Both the position numbers and the translations under genes were made by a program. The notes under the pieces were generated by a model. That model did not search any database. It saw nothing but the letters and a program-made list of their open reading frames with translations, and was not told the DNA's origin. Of a stretch of DNA of 47,072 bases, positions 1-8,687 are shown one piece after another. This stretch comes from Candidatus Methanomethylophilaceae archaeon (GTDB taxonomy: Archaea > Thermoplasmatota > Thermoplasmata > Methanomassiliicoccales > Methanomethylophilaceae), in the NCBI GenBank assembly GCA_028694055.1, contig JAQUUA010000001.1:1-47072 (forward strand). Direction: 5' to 3'. Each line of letters opens with the position of its first letter. Position 1 is the stretch's first letter.

Positions 1-1
1 C

Positions 2-787
2 GGGGCCTCTGAGACCGAGCTCCTGGGCGATGTGCGCCATGACCCCTACGGAGGACACCAGACCCTGGGGACCGCCCCTTATGAGCGGGTGGTGGCAGGA
101 ACCATCCATGAAGCGCACGAGGGTGTGCTTTTCATCGATGAGATCTCCCATCTGGGGCAGATGCAGAGATACATACTGACCGCCATGCAGGAAGGGACAT
201 TCCCCATTTCCGGACGAAACCCTCAGAGCGCTGGCGCCAGCGTCAAGGTGGACTCTGTCCCATGCGACTTCATATTGGTGGCGGCATGCAACATCCAGGA
301 CCTGGAGAACATCCTCTCACCGTTGCGGTCCCGAATCATCGGCGGCGGTTACGAGGTCCTGATGGAGACCAGCATGCCTGACAACCCCTACAACCGCTCC
401 CGCTATGCCCAATTCGTGGCTCAGGAGATCCATATGGATGGGCGTATACCGCACGCCACCATGGATGCCGTGGAAGCCATCATCGCCGAGAGCCGCAACC
501 GGGCCCGTTTGATAGACGACCGCGTTAATCACCTAACCCTGAGGACGACGGAGATGGGCGGCCTCATCCGTGCCGCCGGGGACCTGGCGTTGCAGGAGGA
601 GGCCTCGCTGATCGATGCCTCGCACATCAGCCGCGCCCTGCGTCGGGCCAAACCGGTGGAGGAGCAGATTAAGGACCGCTACGGCTCCTACATGCGTGGC
701 CTGTCATCGGACGTGTCTGATTCCCAGAAGGAGAAATCCCCGTATTACCTGCATAACCAGCACATCGGGGACCAGATGTTCCACTGA
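2..787 (+). CDS. LonB-like AAA+ ATPase, C-terminal part (5' end outside the window); ends without a Lon protease domain
   Basis: The frame is open from nt 2; the track ORF 32..787 begins at an internal GTG. Archaeal LonB-type motifs are present: LLGDVRHDPYGG, GVLFIDEISHL, VPCDFILVAACN and LSPLRSRIIGGGYEV. The stop at 785-787 comes about 50 aa after the helical lid, and no protease domain follows. Confidence 0.7.
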   Translation, partial: GASETELLGDVRHDPYGGHQTLGTAPYERVVAGTIHEAHEGVLFIDEISHLGQMQRYILTAMQEGTFPISGRNPQSAGASVKVDSVPCDFILVAACNIQDLENILSPLRSRIIGGGYEVLMETSMPDNPYNRSRYAQFVAQEIHMDGRIPHATMDAVEAIIAESRNRARLIDDRVNHLTLRTTEMGGLIRAAGDLALQEEASLIDASHISRALRRAKPVEEQIKDRYGSYMRGLSSDVSDSQKEKSPYYLHNQHIGDQMFH

Positions 788-1241
788 GGACCTTGCGCAT
801 CAACAGACCGTCGCCGCCATCCCGGTAGTACTCGGGTATCAGCCCTACAATGTGGAAACCGCGTCGCATGTAGAATGATATGGCCTCATGGTTGTCTGGG
901 CGCACTTCCAATCGTACCGATTTCCCTCCTAATGCCATCGTACGTTGCAGGAAGTCCTGCAACAACAGGGACCCCAGACCCACTCCCCGGTACTGAGGCC
1001 GTACCCCAAACATCATGATACGGGACTCTCCCTTCTCCGACCACGCTCCCAATAGGAAACCCATGGTTTCACCGTCCGGTGCCATGAGGAGGAGCTGCCC
1101 CGAGGGCCAAGCAGAACGCAGGAAATGGATGACTTGGGGCGAGTACTGTTCGGAAAGCGTCTCCGCCAACAGACGGGATAGCTCCGGCAATCGATCCAGT
1201 GAAAGCGGTCGAACGATCACGTACCGCACATGGGATTTCAT
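669..1241 (-). CDS. GNAT family N-acetyltransferase (RimI-like)
   Basis: Acetyl-CoA binding motif VRPQYRGVGLGSLLL and FYMRRGF. I chose the ATG at 1241 (MKSHVRYVIV), 9 nt after the upstream PLD stop, rather than 1280. The C-terminal ~40 aa tail is low-complexity and is encoded antisense to the Lon-like gene. Confidence 0.75.
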   Translation of the reverse strand: MKSHVRYVIVRPLSLDRLPELSRLLAETLSEQYSPQVIHFLRSAWPSGQLLLMAPDGETMGFLLGAWSEKGESRIMMFGVRPQYRGVGLGSLLLQDFLQRTMALGGKSVRLEVRPDNHEAISFYMRRGFHIVGLIPEYYRDGGDGLLMRKVLSGTSGPRCAGYAGNTGISPSGNQTRPMTGHACRSRSGP

Positions 1242-1249
1242 CCATAATA

Positions 1250-3220
1250 CTATTCCTGGCCTGGACGTCGTCGCCTCCATATTCTATACACGATCATCGT
1301 TACTGGAAGGGAAAGGAGTGGGACAAACCCCCAGGTGCTCCAGGTTGTTTCATCTTCCACTCCCGGCAACACCTCCAGATGCACTGTGAGACTCGCTGTC
1401 TGCCCCAAGTCATCCATGGCAGTCAGCGTAATGTTATGTAAGCCACTGGGCAGAACGAGCACCTGTCGCCAACCATAGAGGTCGGGTGAGCCATCAGAAT
1501 CAAGGTCCCAAGAGAGGTTCTCCACGGGCCTTCCGCTTGTCGAGGCCTCCACCACAAACGGTTTTCCATCCGTTGGAGGGTCACCTGGCACGTCCATGCG
1601 AACTGTGAGTTCTTCGATGATCTCCCCCCAATCACGTAAGAAGGCCATGGTAAAGAAGCTCGCCAATACATCGCTCCGCACCATGACGCCTATCTCCCGG
1701 TTTTGGAAGAACGACGCATCCACCCAATTGATGGATGAGACCAGCACCACATCGTCTATGATGGCACCCTTGTTATGCACGATGCTGAAACCCGATTCGG
1801 AAGGGGAAAGCTTGGCATTGACGCCAGGGGCCTCATCCATCCTGAGGACAACCATCTCATTGTCCTTGGAGCTGGAGAACCAAGAAGAATCCAGCATCAG
1901 TCGGACGTCGACATCCCTATCGGCAGCCTCTATCATCCAAACCAAAGGGCTGTCTTGTTCAAGCCACGACCCCTGGGCGTAGAATTGCTGTACGTAGATC
2001 TTCCTCTCAGCCTGTGCCATGATGAGGCGTAGATGCTCGTAAGCGTTGTCTGGACAGAGGAGCAGACTTACCTCGGCCGAGACAACAGAGATATTGAGCA
2101 CTGGCGGCATAGAGAAGGTGTTGTTCGGCAGTACGAGGGGGTCGATATATGGGAAACGGGTTGAGAAACCCATGATGTCCAAGCTACGATCCTCGAAATC
2201 AGTCTCGAAGACCTGCCAAAGCTGTTCGGCAAGGCCCACGCTATCTATGCTCACTCCCCATCCCCTGTTGTTCAACAAGGACGAGTCCTGCCAATTCTCA
2301 GACGTAACAATAACCCGGCTACGGTCTATGACGGCGTACTTGTTGTGCAGGTAGTCATAACGTTTGAAACCGTCTGCAGAACGAATAAAACGTAAATCAC
2401 AGCCAGCCTCAGACAATGCCGCTAGGAGCGACTGTACGCTCTCGCTAACTCCACCCACGGGACTGCCTTCCATGAGTATCTTCACTGTTTTTCCAGCAAT
2501 CGCGAGCTCCGCTAAAGCAGAAGCGATGCTGAGGTTGTTGAGCTGATAGATGGAGATGCAGACCTCCCAATCCACTGCAGACAGCTCTCTCATGATACGG
2601 AAGAAGGCATCTTCAGGAAAGAGGAACGGCTCCACTAGGGCCATGTGCGTGCTAACCGGGAAATGTGTGCGACCGAGGTTGGAAGCCAACCAATCCATCA
2701 TGGAGTTCTGGTCTTGAAATGGGATGCGCATGGCTGCCTTTCCCTTACCGATACGTGGTAATGCTGGACCCTCCCAACCGGGAATGGTTGTATCACCGTT
2801 TCCATAGACGAAGGCGTCCAACAATTCATCATCCATGGTCAGGGTAACCTCATCCCCGGCATCTGCCATTATGAATCGGCCCACCATGCTCACTTCTGTG
2901 GAAGGGAAGATGAATTGCCGCCCTTCCAATGGCATCCATATCTCATCGGATCGGAGATGGGCCTTCTCGCCTGGCCAAAGAACGTGATTGACCTCTATCT
3001 GCAACGTGCCCTCGCCATCGCTTATGCGAAGCCCTTGGATATCCACAGGAGCCTCGCCATAATTGCATATGGATAGCATCTCCACCCCGTAAGCCGGCAT
3101 TACCGCGTCCAATAAAAGCAGGCCTGTGGGCGTCGGCATAGGTACTGCAAGTAATGATGAGGACGGCAGCAGGAGCAGGATCGGGAGCATAAGGGATAGC
3201 AACCGCAGCGTCCTCATCAT
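1250..3220 (-). CDS. Secreted/membrane-anchored phospholipase D superfamily protein with lamin-tail-like and PKD-like domains
   Basis: N-terminal signal-like segment LRLLSLMLPILLLLPSSSLLA. LTD-like region: EMLSICNYGEAPVDIQGLRISDGEG. Two HKD motifs: HNKYAVIDRSRVIVTSENW and HNKGAIIDDVVLVSSINW. PKD-like segment: LSWDLDSDGSPD...ITLTAMDDLGQTASL. C-terminal TM helix followed by RIWRRRRP. Confidence 0.75.
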   Translation of the reverse strand: MMRTLRLLSLMLPILLLLPSSSLLAVPMPTPTGLLLLDAVMPAYGVEMLSICNYGEAPVDIQGLRISDGEGTLQIEVNHVLWPGEKAHLRSDEIWMPLEGRQFIFPSTEVSMVGRFIMADAGDEVTLTMDDELLDAFVYGNGDTTIPGWEGPALPRIGKGKAAMRIPFQDQNSMMDWLASNLGRTHFPVSTHMALVEPFLFPEDAFFRIMRELSAVDWEVCISIYQLNNLSIASALAELAIAGKTVKILMEGSPVGGVSESVQSLLAALSEAGCDLRFIRSADGFKRYDYLHNKYAVIDRSRVIVTSENWQDSSLLNNRGWGVSIDSVGLAEQLWQVFETDFEDRSLDIMGFSTRFPYIDPLVLPNNTFSMPPVLNISVVSAEVSLLLCPDNAYEHLRLIMAQAERKIYVQQFYAQGSWLEQDSPLVWMIEAADRDVDVRLMLDSSWFSSSKDNEMVVLRMDEAPGVNAKLSPSESGFSIVHNKGAIIDDVVLVSSINWVDASFFQNREIGVMVRSDVLASFFTMAFLRDWGEIIEELTVRMDVPGDPPTDGKPFVVEASTSGRPVENLSWDLDSDGSPDLYGWRQVLVLPSGLHNITLTAMDDLGQTASLTVHLEVLPGVEDETTWSTWGFVPLLSLPVTMIVYRIWRRRRPGQE

Positions 3221-3278
3221 CCTTCATGAGGGACAGAAAGATGATAAACCGAGGCTTTACATCTAGGATAATAAGAGA

Positions 3279-3947
3279 TTAAATGAGTTTGACCAGGTCC
3301 AGAAGGGACTGGTACGGGTCCTTGGACTTCACCACACCAGAAGCCAGAAGGACACCTTCTGCACCAAGCTCCAAGGCCGCCTTGACGTCCTTGCCGGCCT
3401 TCACCCCGGCACCGCATAGCAACCGTACCGATGGATCGGCCTTCTTGACGGCATCCACGGCATCACGGACAACATCAGGGTTGGCATCGGTGACGGATAT
3501 ATCGCCGCCTATGAGCTCAGGGGGCTCCACGGCCACGAAGTCCGGGGAATAGAAGGCTACTGCGCCGGAACTCGCCACGGAGTCGGTGCAGACGATCGAC
3601 CACAGGCCTTGGGAGCGGCACATGGCCACCGTATCCTGGATGTCGATCAGCATCAGCCGGTGCTCGGAATGATTGAGGAGCGTCCCCTTGGCAGAGGATG
3701 CGGCGATCATGGAAGGCGTGACCCAACCCGTCGCCGAACCCGGTCGACGGGGGTCGCAGTGCTGGGACAGCACCGGGATCTGCACATTCCGAGCCACATG
3801 TGAAAGCTCCACCATGGGCGGGCAAACCGCGATGCTCACCCCGGTCTCCTCGGCCACCTTCTGGCAAGTCAGAGCCAGGTCCAATGACCGGGGCCCATCC
3901 ACCTCCGAGTAGGCCTTGAAGTTCACCACGACTGCCGGCGTCCTCAT
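3279..3947 (-). CDS. tpiA: Triosephosphate isomerase, archaeal type
   Basis: 222 aa, the short archaeal form. Motifs VVNFKAY, LLNHSEHR, VAVEPPELIGG and CGAGV. Confidence 0.9.
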   Translation of the reverse strand: MRTPAVVVNFKAYSEVDGPRSLDLALTCQKVAEETGVSIAVCPPMVELSHVARNVQIPVLSQHCDPRRPGSATGWVTPSMIAASSAKGTLLNHSEHRLMLIDIQDTVAMCRSQGLWSIVCTDSVASSGAVAFYSPDFVAVEPPELIGGDISVTDANPDVVRDAVDAVKKADPSVRLLCGAGVKAGKDVKAALELGAEGVLLASGVVKSKDPYQSLLDLVKLI

Positions 3948-3951
3948 GTCC

Positions 3952-5088
3952 TTAAAGGTCCTGGAAACGGGGGGTCAGCTGCTGCAGGACGGCCGGGCGG
4001 GTGGTGTACTCCATCTCATCCGGGGATAGGATGGCCGGCATGAACGGACCATGGCCTCTGATCATCTTGCAGGCCTTGACCGACTCCGTGCGCACCTCGT
4101 CCCAGACCTGCCCAGCGAAGAAATCGATGGGCGTGTGGTCTCCGGGAGCGGAATCCATGGGCTCCAATCCCTGGAATCTGCCCTCGTTGAGCTGGAATCC
4201 GATGCAGCATATGCGGGGAGGGCCGTCGAAGTAGGTAGGGTCGGAGTCCTCCACGGCACAGGGATAGAAGGCACCGTAGTGGGAGCCGCGCATCCAGCCA
4301 GCCACCAGCATGGTGTTCATGTACGGTTGCAGGTACTCGCCCACGGCCGGGAGCCCGCTCTGGGCACGGCAGATGCAGACCGGGTCGTCCTTGCCGACAT
4401 ACTTGCCGGCGGTGATGTTCAACTTGTCGGTGCTGACAACGCAGGCCGTACCCAGACCGACTCTGCTCTCGATCCTCTTGATGGCATAGCGGGTGGTGTC
4501 TCCCAGGAGGCTGAGGATGTCATAGGTCTCGTCCGGGGAGGACATGACCACTTTCTTGGAGTCCACGACGTCGTGGATCTCCACATCGAATCCTTTCTTG
4601 GCACGGGGGTCGATGACCAAACCAGTGGTGGTGAAGGGGTCCAAGAAGACCCGAGAAAGGGGAAGGGAGTATGCGGACGGCTCGGTCTTGTCAGCCATGA
4701 AGAATAACATAGGCTCAGAACCGCGCTCCTCGAACTCAATCTCCGCCGTGCCGGGGCCAGCTCCCTTAATGTTGCCGCTGAAGGCATCACAGAGAATATC
4801 CTGGCCAGCAGCGTAGAGCTTCATCTTCTTAGCCAGTTTGGTGGCCTCGCTGAAAGCGTCCCAGGCCAACTTGTGGATATCGCTGCAGTTCTCGCCCTTG
4901 TAATGGGACATGAGAAGGTTGATGTCGTCCCCCACTCGGGTGACGTAGAAATCCTGCAGGAGCCCGCAAGCCCTGCCCTCGGCAAGTACTTCTCTGCACT
5001 TCTCCATCATGGAGGGGTGCGGCCGGGAGTGGCCTACAACGGATCCTATATCGGCCTTTATTACGGAAACTGTGACTTTCTGTGACAT
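3952..5088 (-). CDS. fbp: Fructose-1,6-bisphosphate aldolase/phosphatase (class V FBPase)
   Basis: N-terminus VTVSVIKADIGSVVGHSRPHP and the ~378 aa length are typical of the archaeal bifunctional enzyme. It lies 4 nt upstream of tpiA on the same strand. Confidence 0.9.
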   Translation of the reverse strand: MSQKVTVSVIKADIGSVVGHSRPHPSMMEKCREVLAEGRACGLLQDFYVTRVGDDINLLMSHYKGENCSDIHKLAWDAFSEATKLAKKMKLYAAGQDILCDAFSGNIKGAGPGTAEIEFEERGSEPMLFFMADKTEPSAYSLPLSRVFLDPFTTTGLVIDPRAKKGFDVEIHDVVDSKKVVMSSPDETYDILSLLGDTTRYAIKRIESRVGLGTACVVSTDKLNITAGKYVGKDDPVCICRAQSGLPAVGEYLQPYMNTMLVAGWMRGSHYGAFYPCAVEDSDPTYFDGPPRICCIGFQLNEGRFQGLEPMDSAPGDHTPIDFFAGQVWDEVRTESVKACKMIRGHGPFMPAILSPDEMEYTTRPAVLQQLTPRFQDL

Positions 5089-5173
5089 TTTTGTCCACCC
5101 ATGCTGACTAATCGGTCAAAGAATACAAAGATATTATAAAACATTTGATACTCTAACAGAATCGTAGCGAAGG

Positions 5174-6619
5174 ATGTTATTGGGAAGTGACCACATGAGA
5201 ATGCTCATAAATGGGGAATGGACAGATTCCGATGGCGGCGAAATCCGGGAGGTTATAGACCCGGCCACATTGGAATTGTTGGATATTGTTCCCGAGGCCA
5301 CCAGGGAAGACGTGTCCAAAGCGGTGGAGGCAGCAGCGGATTGCTTCCCATCCTGGTCTGCAATCGCTTCTCGGGAGAGGGGGCGGTTGCTCTATCATGC
5401 GGCACAGAGGACCAGGGAGTCCCTGCCAGACCTGGCTGCACTGCTTTCCAGGGAACAAGGCAAGCCCCTGATCGAGGCCAAGGGGGAGATTCTCGGTTAC
5501 ATCAACGTCCTGGAGTACTTTCACAGCGTTTCCGGCTCCCTGCAAGGCTCATACTTGGAGATACCGGGCGTCGGTGATGGCTTGGTCACCCATGACCCCT
5601 TGGGAGTATGTGCCGCGATCATACCGTGGAACGTCCCCGCCTTGACCATGGCATGGAAGGTTGCCCCCGCTTTGCTCACCGGGAACACCGTCGTCCTCAA
5701 ACCGGCACCCACCACTCCATTAACCAATCTGAAACTGGCTTCCATCTTGCATGATGCAGGCCTCCCGAAAGGAACATTGAACGTAATCTGTGGAGACGGT
5801 GTGCCGGCCGGAGAGTGTTTGGCCATGCACCCTTTGGTGGAGAAGATTTCCTTCACCGGCTCCACCGAGGTGGGCAGGCGTGTGGCCTCTAACGCTGGTA
5901 GGGCGTTGAAGAAGGTGAGTTTGGAACTGGGAGGCAGCGACCCAGCTATCATTTGTTCCGACGTGGACCTGGAGAAGACCGCCAAGGAAATTGTATCCGC
6001 TCGCTTCTACAATTGTGGGCAGGCCTGCACCTCACTGAAGCGGCTCTACGTGATGGAGGATGTCGCTGACCATCTGGAGGAGCTGTTGAAAGAAAGCATC
6101 TCCGCCATTAAGATTGGACGAGGGCTCGAACCAGGGGTGGGCATGGGTCCGGTGCACAGCGCCATACAGCTGGAGCACATTGAGTCGCAGCTACGTTCCT
6201 GGAAAGACGAAGGAGAGGGTAGATTGGTTCTGGGCGGTGGACGTCCACAGACCGAACTCCCCGGTCATTTCCTGCAGCCCACACTGGTGCGCGACCCCTC
6301 AGAGCGCTCCCGCCTCCTACGGGAGGAGGTCTTCGGCCCGATCCTGCCCATGATGACAGTCCGTGACCTGGACGAGGCTTTGGAACGGGCCAATTCCAGC
6401 CCCTACGGCTTGGGGGCTTCCATTTGGACCCGGGACATCCACCGTATACGCAAGGCCGTGAACGGCTTCCAGTCCGGAAGGGTTTGGGTGAACATGCATC
6501 TGCGGGTGCCGGTGGAGATCCCCTTCGGAGGATGCAAGGCCAGCGGCATAGGCCAGGAGAACGGTTTGGCTGTCTTGCAGGAGTATCTGCGCACCAAGAC
6601 CGTGGTCCTTGGCCAATGA
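5174..6619 (+). CDS. NAD(P)+-dependent aldehyde dehydrogenase family protein
   Basis: ALDH motifs FTGSTEVGR, catalytic Glu context LELGGSDP and catalytic Cys context FYNCGQACTS. An alternative start exists at ATG 5195 (MRMLINGEW). Confidence 0.85.
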   Translation: MLLGSDHMRMLINGEWTDSDGGEIREVIDPATLELLDIVPEATREDVSKAVEAAADCFPSWSAIASRERGRLLYHAAQRTRESLPDLAALLSREQGKPLIEAKGEILGYINVLEYFHSVSGSLQGSYLEIPGVGDGLVTHDPLGVCAAIIPWNVPALTMAWKVAPALLTGNTVVLKPAPTTPLTNLKLASILHDAGLPKGTLNVICGDGVPAGECLAMHPLVEKISFTGSTEVGRRVASNAGRALKKVSLELGGSDPAIICSDVDLEKTAKEIVSARFYNCGQACTSLKRLYVMEDVADHLEELLKESISAIKIGRGLEPGVGMGPVHSAIQLEHIESQLRSWKDEGEGRLVLGGGRPQTELPGHFLQPTLVRDPSERSRLLREEVFGPILPMMTVRDLDEALERANSSPYGLGASIWTRDIHRIRKAVNGFQSGRVWVNMHLRVPVEIPFGGCKASGIGQENGLAVLQEYLRTKTVVLGQ

Positions 6620-6634
6620 AATCCATATCTATTT

Positions 6635-7972
6635 ATGTCCCATTCCGATAATCGGACGTTAATCATGACCGCAGCTCTCAGAGACACCAGGACCATCTCC
6701 TTGGAGGACGAACAAGCAACCGTCAAAGGGTGGGTCCAGGAGATAAGGAACCTGGGTGGCATCTCCTTCATAGTCATCAGGGACCGTTACGGGACCCTAC
6801 AGGTAACCGCCCCGAAAAAGAAGATTGAACCGGAGCTATTCCAAACTTTGACCACCTTGCCGAGGGAATCTGTGGTGGCGGTCACTGGCACCGTCAAGAA
6901 GAGCGACCAGACCGCCTTGGGCCTGGAATTGATCCCCAGCGCCCTGGAGGTCTATGCCGAGGCCATGTCCCCCCTGCCCCTGGGAGTGGTGGACAAGGTG
7001 CATGTGGAGCCAGACACCCGTCTGAACAACCGTTTCATGGATATGCGCCGCCCGGAGATCAGGGCGGTCTTCGAATTGAAGTCCCTGCTCATGGACCTCA
7101 TAGGCGAGGCCATGCAAGAAATGGATTTCGTGCAGGTCAACACCCCTAAGCTGGTCTCATCCGGGGCAGAAGGTGGCTCCACCTTGTTCCAGGTGGACTA
7201 TTTCGGAAAACCTGCTTATCTCGCTCAGAGCCCTCAGCTATACAAGCAGATGCTGATGTCCACCGGACTGGACCGGGTCTTCGAGATGGGGCCAGCATTC
7301 CGAGCCGAACATTCCAACACCGTCAGGCATGTATCGGAGTTCATGTCATTCGATGGCGAGATGTCCTGGATTCAATCCCAGGAGGACGTGATGCACACCA
7401 TAGAGTCCATCATGGCCTATGTCTTCCCGGCGATGGCCGAAAGGGGGGCCAAGCATCTGGAGATCTTGGGGAAAGAAATCGTTGCCCCGAAGATGCCTTT
7501 CCCGATCCTCCGGTATCAAGATTGCCTGGAGATGCTGGCCTCCAAGGGCATGCAGTTGAAGGACGGGGACGACCTGGGGACAGAAGGGGAGAAGCTCATC
7601 GGGGAGATCATGGCCGAGGAAGGCCACGACATGTACTGGATAGTCGAGTATCCAGAGCTGGAGAAGCCGTTCTACATCATGGAGAAAGAAGGCACCCCGT
7701 ATTCCTTCTCCTTCGACCTGGATTACAAAGGACAGGAAATTTCCTCCGGCGGGCAGAGGGAGCACCGCTACGAACAATTAGTGGAACGGATGAGGGCAAA
7801 AGGTCTGGACCCAGATTCTTTCCATTCCTATCTGGACGCTTTCCGCTATGGCATGCCTCCACACGGGGGATGGGGGATAGGCGTGGAGAGGCTGCTGGTG
7901 AAGATGTTGGACCTGCCCAACATCCGTGAGGCCATCATATTCCCGCGGGACATCAATCGCCTCACTCCTTGA
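6635..7972 (+). CDS. aspS: Aspartyl-tRNA synthetase, archaeal type
   Basis: OB-fold N-terminus VKGWVQEIRNLGGISFIVIRDRYGTLQV. Class II motifs FRAEHSNTVRHVSEF, GGQREHR and GGWGIGVERLL. Confidence 0.9.
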   Translation: MSHSDNRTLIMTAALRDTRTISLEDEQATVKGWVQEIRNLGGISFIVIRDRYGTLQVTAPKKKIEPELFQTLTTLPRESVVAVTGTVKKSDQTALGLELIPSALEVYAEAMSPLPLGVVDKVHVEPDTRLNNRFMDMRRPEIRAVFELKSLLMDLIGEAMQEMDFVQVNTPKLVSSGAEGGSTLFQVDYFGKPAYLAQSPQLYKQMLMSTGLDRVFEMGPAFRAEHSNTVRHVSEFMSFDGEMSWIQSQEDVMHTIESIMAYVFPAMAERGAKHLEILGKEIVAPKMPFPILRYQDCLEMLASKGMQLKDGDDLGTEGEKLIGEIMAEEGHDMYWIVEYPELEKPFYIMEKEGTPYSFSFDLDYKGQEISSGGQREHRYEQLVERMRAKGLDPDSFHSYLDAFRYGMPPHGGWGIGVERLLVKMLDLPNIREAIIFPRDINRLTP

Positions 7973-8027
7973 TTCATTTTCGGACAACCCCTGTAAAACC
8001 CTTTTTATTCATTTCTCTTAACCATTG

Positions 8028-8558
8028 ATGATGGGAGAGATTTACGAGCGGGAGCTGAAGAATCTCCTCTGCGGGGATGAGAAGGCCCTGCACAAGATGA
8101 CCCGTACCGGTGATGCTGATGAGAAGAACGGGTACATGCTACTCAAAGACAACCCATTCTTGGTCATCCGTGCCGCTGGCTCCTTGGGCGTGGACATCGT
8201 GGCCTTGAGATGGGATTTCAGTTTCCCCATCGAAGTGAAGAGCTCCCAGACAGACGTTTTACGTTTCAGCTCCAACCCCCGTCTGTCAGAACAGGCGGAC
8301 CGTATGGCGGAGGATTGTTCCCGGTCCTGTCTCATACCTATGTACGCTTTCCGTCTGAAAGGCTTCAAGGGTGACCCATGGAGGGTGTTCTCCTTACCCA
8401 TGGAAAGGGAATTGGAGGGGAGGATGGGGATGCTGCAGAGACGCATACCCCCCATCGAGCGGAACCAAAACGGCAATTACATCATGAGATGGCAGGATGG
8501 GCTGAAGCTCAGCAAGCTCCTATCCTACTTGGATTATGTGTCCGGGACATTGGAGTGA
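8028..8558 (+). CDS. Holliday junction resolvase Hjc-like endonuclease (with an insertion and a C-terminal extension)
   Basis: The Hjc catalytic pattern is present: YERELKNLL, then FLVIRAAGSLGVDIVAL, then FPIEVKSS (E, D, E-x-K). There is a ~25 aa insertion after the first helix and ~45 extra C-terminal residues. TTG at 8025 or ATG at 8028 could be the start. Confidence 0.55.
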   Translation: MMGEIYERELKNLLCGDEKALHKMTRTGDADEKNGYMLLKDNPFLVIRAAGSLGVDIVALRWDFSFPIEVKSSQTDVLRFSSNPRLSEQADRMAEDCSRSCLIPMYAFRLKGFKGDPWRVFSLPMERELEGRMGMLQRRIPPIERNQNGNYIMRWQDGLKLSKLLSYLDYVSGTLE

Positions 8559-8687
8559 GGAGGCCGTCGGCACTCATAGGGCTCATCACCAGTCAGCCGG
8601 TTCATTCGTCATCCGGCCATCCTCGCTCCCATATGGAGGAACATTTATTAATCTTGAATTGAACACCGGGAGAAGGACGGATGCCCC

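Noticed and set aside
785-1250. The Lon-like gene as a frameshifted pseudogene with its protease domain in another frame downstream.
   Set aside because: The downstream sequence is fully accounted for by an intact GNAT gene on the opposite strand. No plus-strand frame there shows Lon protease-like sequence.
7973-8027. The T-rich stretch CCCTTTTTATTCATTTC after aspS as a dedicated terminator.
   Set aside because: It could serve as an oligo-T archaeal terminator, but it is equally well placed as the TATA element for the downstream Hjc-like gene (about 20 nt upstream of the ATG). The sequence alone cannot separate the two roles, so I did not annotate it.
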